NCBI GenBank assembly: GCA_032718475.1
Contig: JAUCBJ010007253.1
Span: 1 to 64,000 of the forward strand
From: Nemertoderma westbladi
Lineage: Eukaryota; Animalia; Xenacoelomorpha
Direction of reading: 5' to 3'
Length of the DNA stretch: 64,000 nucleotides
Part shown: piece after piece, positions 60,432-64,000 of the stretch
Numbering within the stretch: position 1 is the first letter of the stretch
How the letters are laid out: each line of letters starts with the position of its first letter
Made by a program: the position numbers and the translations under genes
Notes under the pieces: generated by a model
Databases searched by the model: none
What the model was told of the DNA's origin: nothing
The model's input: only the letters and a program-made list of their open reading frames with translations

Positions 60432-60713
60432 GTTGAGGAAGGACTGCAAGCATGGCCTCGTGGACAGGGGCCAGGTAGGCCCATTGCATGATGGCCGCAG
60501 ATGGCAGTGTCAGTGGCATGGCAGATGGTATCAGTGGCATCGATGTCGGTGTTGGCAGCATGGATGGTGACATTGCGGCTTTGGAGGCATGGATGGTAGC
60601 ATCAGAGGCGCGGATGGTGGCGTCGGATGTGTGGATGGTGGCGTCAGTGGCGCGGGTGTTGGCATCAGTTGCGCGGATGGTGGTGTCAGCATATATATAT
60701 ATATATATATATA

Positions 60714-61321
60714 GTCCCTTTCATTTTGAAACAATCTATATGCCATTTTTGCCGAAATGGAGATTGCTGCATTTCTTTATGTTAAAATGTATTCTGAATC
60801 CGATTAACACACTTAGAAGGCCATACTCCCACGTATAACTAAGATATTTATCGTTTTGAAACCACCTATATGCCAGTTTCGCATAGACCGCATGATAAAT
60901 ATATATATTTTTTTTAAAACAACCTATATAACACATTTTACTATTATAAATAGGGTAAGCCCGGGAAAAGTTGATATAAAATTGGAAACAACGAATCGAG
61001 AGGTAGAATTGTTGTTTATTATGATAGAGGGAGATTTGATTTATTTTTTTAAAACTTAATAGTCGAATTTGTCTTAAGGGTTTTAATGCTTTTTGAGAAA
61101 TCATTGTAAAAAATGTACTAAATTGTTTTGAAACAACCTATATCCCTATACATATTTCCAATACCATAATTATTTTTGTTAAAATCGTTACATTTAATGC
61201 ATTTAAAAGTAAATAAGACTAAAATCCTGGAATATTTCTGGGAAACAAAATTAGAATAAAAAATGCCGTTTTACAGGAAAAGTCAATATTGTCATTTAGG
61301 TTATTTGAAAATGAAAGGGAC
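60714..61321. mobile_element. MITE flanked by (TA)n
   Basis: TIRs GTCCCTTTCATTTTGAAACAA ... TTATTTGAAAATGAAAGGGAC, with (AT)n on both sides; internal TTTGAAACAACCTATA repeats. Confidence 0.75.
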
Positions 61322-61852
61322 GATATATATATATAATAATAATAAAATGACATTTTAATAGTTGTGACGAGCACACGGTATACGGACAGACGGACTATAA
61401 TAAAAGAATGTAACTCTGCGTAATTGGGGTGAAGAGACAGGCTGACATGCCGAACTCTGGTGTAGCTCCAGAAGTTGTGTGGTTGTCCTGATATACAATG
61501 TGGAATGATAATATTTTTCGCTAACGCACATACATGAAGGTATATTTAGGTAGATAGTTAGATAGATAGATTTATACATTATGTAAAAACAATAAAAAAT
61601 ACACCAAACAAAATGTACAGATATTGTCCAACATACATATAGGATTATCCCTAAAGCTTTGCAGATTATTTCCAAGGGGGTCCTTTATGTTACTTGGTTA
61701 CAAATACAATATTACACTACGCTAACCTAAAATCAATATAAAACGTAATTACACTATGTACATGTACAACTTTACCGAGAGCGTGACAATGTCCGACTTA
61801 ACGATAAAGATGTAATGTACAGAACAATTTAATATGAAACGTAATTACAGTA

Positions 61853-64000
61853 CACTCTAAAAAATAATTTGGCAATCTGCAAAAAAAAATAAGGAAACTG
61901 CCAAGATAATCATGCCAAAAAATAGGCACAATATACGTTGGCAAATTGGCATGATTATCTTGTCAAATTATATTACTAAAATATTTGGTGTAATTGCCAA
62001 AAATATCTGGCGATCAAAGCAAGATATTTAAGCAAGTTAACCAGATACCAAGCGAAATTGCTCAAAGGTAATTGCAAAAAAACTGACCAGATTCAACGTT
62101 TATTTACCAAGATGTATCAGATGTACTTTACAAGATATAAAACTAATAACACTGACACTTTATTTATTCATTCATAGGTGGTTAAATTACAAAATTATAC
62201 TGCCAAAAAAGTTACTACTGAGAAATAAAACAAACAAACTAATTAATATAAAACCTACTAATTATTAAAAACCTTAGAAACATTTAAAAATAACTATTTA
62301 TTACAGTTATATCACAGTTAAAGTTATAGCACTTTATTATAGTTAAACAGTACGAGTCGGTTTACTCGCCGAGCGCAGCGAGGCAATTAAAGTAGACGAG
62401 TACTGTTTTCCTATAACGTGCTTTTAGCAGCGTTATATGTAATTTTATTCAAAAATTTAAACATTTCTTTCCTCTGTCAGTAACAACAGCGTCAATAAAA
62501 GTTTAACTTTTATGTCCGCGCACACTTTTTTGTAAGCTCACACTATTACATTAAGTGAACCAAGGTACTGTCATTGTCATATTGTCATATTTTAGTTTCA
62601 CTTTCCTATATCCTGTGCTGGTGTACCGGTAACAATCATCCAAGGCCTACTATAGAATACAGGGCGCGCAGCCAACTGGTACTTCCTGATAATTGAGGGC
62701 CTAGAAATTATTATCAATAAGACGTCAATAGGTTCGATATTAGTAATGTTTATTGCTAGAACTTTACTTAAAATCCACTCTTGGGGTCAAATTATATGGC
62801 GCACCCTAAGTAGGCCTTGCAATCAGCATATCAAACACTGCACGTTATACCGGTATGGTACGGTACATTGTATTAAAACAACGCCTCATCGGAAAGTAAT
62901 ATTTAAATTTTTGAATAAAATTATTTTTCGATTAAAAAAAAGATAAAGTATATCTGCTAACTAAACAACCATTACAAAATAATCCTTCAATAAGCACAAT
63001 ATCATATGAAACAAATTTTCAGAGGAAATCAGAAATGTTTATAAGGCAATAGAATAACTATTAATTACACTTGCAAGGCAGGGATAAAGTACAACTTTAC
63101 AGAGTTCTTGTAGTTTGTTACTGTTGGTGAAAAACACCATACAAAACGTAAGGGCCAATGTGGTTAAGAAATAAATTTTAAGTAAGTACCACATCTATAC
63201 CTTAATTAAACTGTGCGATTAAAATCCTAAATGTGAGATATAACAATAATTTACAATTTAGATAAGCCAAAGTTAGAAAAAATACAACGATTTATAGTTC
63301 GAAATATATATATATACTGGCCAGCGTGAAAATATGTGCATGTTTCACAAACAATTACAACTTTAAGTCCGAGAGAAGACTTGAGACTTTAGAAGATATT
63401 TCGGACGGTGGGACCCCAAAAATGTGCTCCAAAAAGAGCCACACAGGAAGCGATGCAGCCGGATACCGTAAGTAACACACGTTCGACAACTTAAAAGCTA
63501 GGTCAACACCTTGCAGAAGGGTTGGCCGCTGAAACCGAAGATCATTATAGATAACGACGCTCTGCGAGGAATCTTTAAGTAGAACTACAAATGGGTTTAC
63601 TTGCAAACCCATACGGGCATATTCAGATGACAAAGTCAGTATCTGTTTATCCATGGCTGCATGATCCACAGCCTCCATTATGAACGAACTCTTCGCATCA
63701 GAAATGGATGGGCGCCAAAACTTTCGATTAGATCGGGATATCTGTACAGACATCTTATTACAGAGCTTCTCTGTCAGCAAGAACAAACCTATCTTTGCAG
63801 TAGCAGTCTCGTTCAGATCACCAGGGTCAATGCTCCCTATTTTCTCCATCACAATCAGTTGGCGGCAAACATCAATGAAACTCGGGGTGAATAAGGCGTT
63901 TTCATTCAAGTCTGTTACATTTTTTACCACCTTCCACAAATGGACGAAATCGTGACAAATGCAATCATATACTATGCTATTGTCTAGCATGTATGGCAGA
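61853..64000 (-). mobile_element. end of an EnSpm/CACTA (CMC)-like DNA transposon
   Basis: Terminus CACTCTAAAAAA followed by many TTGGCA/TGCCAA subterminal repeats; contains the ORF at 63355-63990. Confidence 0.6.
63355..63990 (-). CDS. EnSpm-associated accessory protein, C-terminal part
   Basis: NPFVVLL...LLQGVDLAFKL..V..LRYP..S..VWLFLE pattern, typical of the non-transposase ORF of animal EnSpm-like elements; likely continues beyond the window. Confidence 0.6.
   Translation of the reverse strand: MLDNSIVYDCICHDFVHLWKVVKNVTDLNENALFTPSFIDVCRQLIVMEKIGSIDPGDLNETATAKIGLFLLTEKLCNKMSVQISRSNRKFWRPSISDAKSSFIMEAVDHAAMDKQILTLSSEYARMGLQVNPFVVLLKDSSQSVVIYNDLRFQRPTLLQGVDLAFKLSNVCYLRYPAASLPVWLFLEHIFGVPPSEISSKVSSLLSDLKL

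Overview
Repeat-rich genomic window from an invertebrate animal (spliceosomal GT-AG introns, SINEs, LINEs). Bases 1-11831 are the right part of an endogenous Polinton/Maverick (adintovirus-like) element with all genes on +. In order: pPolB C-terminus (frameshifted), a TATA-binding-protein (TBP)-like gene with one in-frame TGA, a core protein, packaging ATPase, a conserved unknown, rve integrase with chromodomain, two tandem minor capsid genes, an exonuclease-like ORF, a basic core protein, major capsid protein, adenain protease, and a repeat-rich terminus ending ACTACT. About 2 kb downstream lies a 10-exon host PP2C-gamma (PPM1G-like) gene, 13776-46114, about 580 aa. Its introns hold an 8.9-kb 17-bp satellite, a Penelope-type hammerhead ribozyme, several minisatellites and MITEs, and three CTCF-like sites. 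The rest has a 63-bp satellite derived from a Nin-domain SINE and a 31-bp satellite, each interrupted by a 5'-truncated copy of the same RTE LINE with long target duplications. Further repeats and the end of an EnSpm/CACTA-like transposon close the window. The most notable observation is the Polinton-encoded TBP-like gene. All family assignments come from motif recognition by eye, without database searches.
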